54,344 bases of DNA, from positions 1-54,344 of the forward strand of contig VGIQ01000004.1 of assembly GCA_016867835.1 (NCBI GenBank). The letters run 5' to 3'. Made by a program: the position numbers and the translations under genes. The first letter of the stretch is position 1. Every line of letters starts with the position of its first letter. Source of the stretch: Calditrichota bacterium (GTDB lineage Bacteria > Electryoneota > AABM5-125-24 > Hatepunaeales > Hatepunaeaceae). This document shows positions 52,988 through 54,344 of the stretch, one piece after another. The notes beneath the pieces were generated by a model. That model saw nothing but the letters and a program-made list of their open reading frames with translations. It was not told where the DNA came from and made no database searches.

Positions 52988-54172
52988 ATGGATAAAGCAC
53001 ACTTGCCGGGTGAGATCACTTCGCCGGCATCGCCACTGGTTGGCATCCTCGACTTCGCCTGCGAGTTGGGGGCTTCGGACATTCACCTCTGCGCCGGAGC
53101 ACCGCTAATGATTAGGCTGCACGGCGATCTGGTGAAGATGAGCGACTACGCCGATGGACTCGGGGAAGACTTCACGCCGGCCGATATCGAAACACTGCTC
53201 GCGGGGATCATGTCGAGCGATTTGCAACGGCACTTCAGCACCTCGTCGGAACTTGACTTTTCGATCAATCTGACGGCCGGCGACCGCTGCCGGGCCAACC
53301 TCTTCCGCAATATCTTCGGCGCATCGGCGGTCTTTCGGATCGTTCCCTCGAAAATCCCCGAACTTGAGAAGTTAGGCGTCCCGGCGGTGATGCAGCAGGT
53401 GGTCATGCGGTCGAAAGGGCTGGTGCTCGTAACCGGCCCGACCGGATCGGGAAAGTCAACGACACTTGCGGCGCTGATCGACTTCATCAACCGCAAGACG
53501 CCGAAGCACATCATCACTATCGAAGACCCGGTGGAGTTCGTCCATCCCCCCAAGCAGTCGCTCATCAACCAGCGCGAGATCGGCAAGAGTGCGTCGAACT
53601 TTATGGAGGCGCTGCGCGGAGCGCTGAGGGAAGACCCCGATGTGATTCTGATCGGCGAGATGCGCGACCTCGACACAATACAGATGGCGATCACTGCAGC
53701 GGAGACCGGCCACCTCGTCTTCGGAACGCTCCACACAATGTCGGCAGCCAAAACGGTCGATCGGGTGATCGGCGAGTTCCCGGCCGACCGGCAAAATCAG
53801 GTTCGGATGCAACTCGCGGAATCACTATCGGCGGTCATATCGCAAATTCTCCTCCCACGCGGCGACCAGCCGGGCCGGGTGGCGGCCTTCGAGGTGCTTA
53901 TCTCGACGCCGGCGGTGCACAACCTGATCCGCGAAAACAAGACCTATCAGATCAGCACCGTGATCCAGACCGGAACGCACCTCGGCATGATCGGAATGGA
54001 CCAGTCGCTAATGTTGTTGGTGAATGCCGGGCTGGTGGCGCCAGCCGAAGCGCGAAAGTATGCCGGAGAGCCGAAGATGTTTCCCGACCGGGCGCCTCGG
54101 GCAAAAACGCATACTAATGTTAATGCTAATGCCGATGACAACATGCGGGCTGGCGCAGATGCAAGCGACTAA
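52988..54172 (+). CDS. pilT: Type IV pilus retraction ATPase PilT
   Basis: ASDIHL..., LVLVTGPTGSGKSTTLAALIDFIN, ITIEDPVEF, LIGEMRDLDTI, AAETGHLVFGTLHT. Has a C-terminal ~35-aa extension. An upstream in-frame TTG at 52985 is also possible. Confidence 0.9.
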   Translation: MDKAHLPGEITSPASPLVGILDFACELGASDIHLCAGAPLMIRLHGDLVKMSDYADGLGEDFTPADIETLLAGIMSSDLQRHFSTSSELDFSINLTAGDRCRANLFRNIFGASAVFRIVPSKIPELEKLGVPAVMQQVVMRSKGLVLVTGPTGSGKSTTLAALIDFINRKTPKHIITIEDPVEFVHPPKQSLINQREIGKSASNFMEALRGALREDPDVILIGEMRDLDTIQMAITAAETGHLVFGTLHTMSAAKTVDRVIGEFPADRQNQVRMQLAESLSAVISQILLPRGDQPGRVAAFEVLISTPAVHNLIRENKTYQISTVIQTGTHLGMIGMDQSLMLLVNAGLVAPAEARKYAGEPKMFPDRAPRAKTHTNVNANADDNMRAGADASD

Positions 54173-54225
54173 TGATCGATGTCCAATGCAAGACCTTTCC
54201 CATCATTCCAGGTGGCCAGCGCGTT

Positions 54226-54260
54226 CCAAAATCCCAAATCCAAAATCCAATATCCAAGAT
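54226..54260. repeat. Heptanucleotide tandem repeat (CCAAAAT-like x 5)
   Basis: ccaaaat cccaaat ccaaaat ccaatat ccaagat. Confidence 0.75.
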
Positions 54261-54261
54261 T

Positions 54262-54344
54262 ATTGTGCCGTCGGGTGTCCTCACCCGATGGTCTGTGTCA
54301 GGTGAAGACACCTGACACCACAACTAGTCATTGTGCCGTCGGGT
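54262..54344 (-). repeat. Twin-hairpin REP-like element in inverted orientation, plus the start of a second copy at the window edge
   Basis: attgtgccgtcgggtgtcctcacccgatggtctgtgtcaggtgaagacacctgacaccac is the reverse complement of the family consensus. cattgtgccgtcgggt restarts at 54329. Confidence 0.85.

Noticed and set aside
1-54344. Mobile genetic element, prophage or integron content
   Set aside because: No transposase, integrase, recombinase, RAYT or phage structural gene was recognised in any frame, so the repeat families are reported as repeats and not as mobile elements.
1-54344. tRNA, rRNA, tmRNA, RNase P or riboswitch genes in the intergenic regions
   Set aside because: None recognised by eye. 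The larger spacers are occupied by the repeat families, promoters and terminators listed. A covariance-model scan would be needed to exclude small RNAs.

Overview
GC-rich bacterial chromosomal window, called by eye from the ORF track and the raw sequence with no searches or alignments run. About 50 protein genes, no rRNA, tRNA, CRISPR, transposase or integrase recognised. T9SS-type C-terminal sorting domains, flagellar genes, a chemosensory/type IV pilus cluster and microcompartment shell genes together suggest an uncultivated FCB-superphylum-like lineage (inference only). Layout: (i) 1-8.6 kb housekeeping genes (proS, DNA methylase-leuC-like-acyP-HAD, yjbQ, kinase-like, mgtC); (ii) 8.8-10.2 kb an orphan octahaem hydroxylamine-oxidoreductase-like cytochrome between repeat clusters; (iii) ychF, hup, a 4 x 159-bp tandem array of structured repeats, then a roughly 1200-aa internally duplicated T9SS cargo gene split at a C7 tract; (iv) nfu-mrp, then flhA-flhF-flhG-(small ORF)-fliA-(small ORF)-HDOD-(TPR/HTH membrane protein)-(degenerate kinase), with a consensus sigma-54 promoter before flhA; (v) a long minus-strand block: comEC, nfeD, beta-barrel OMP, tlpA, and a self-contained four-gene unit (RpiR regulator, one BMC-H, one BMC-P, class II aldolase with a C-terminal amphipathic tail) bounded by a consensus sigma-70 promoter and an intrinsic terminator. 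I rate this minimal microcompartment module the best candidate for an undescribed system; (vi) ABC ATPase-TolC-second DNA methylase-Yip1-cca-TPR-lipoprotein; (vii) 44-54 kb chemosensory/T4P cluster (REC-HK, cheW, mcp, cheA, REC-HK, cheY-like, Walker-A-less PilB-like protein, pilT). The window is dense in non-coding repeat families: a twin-hairpin REP-like element (at least 12 copies, one overlapping the only cheW start codons), a GGGCGGACA twin hairpin (one copy in frame inside a T9SS sorting domain), a ~138-bp element in inverted copies, heptamer arrays flanking nfeD, and hexamer-periodic CATTNN tracts abutting start and stop codons. Many adjacent genes are coupled by 1-8 nt stop/start overlaps (GTGA, ATGCTAA, TAGTG).
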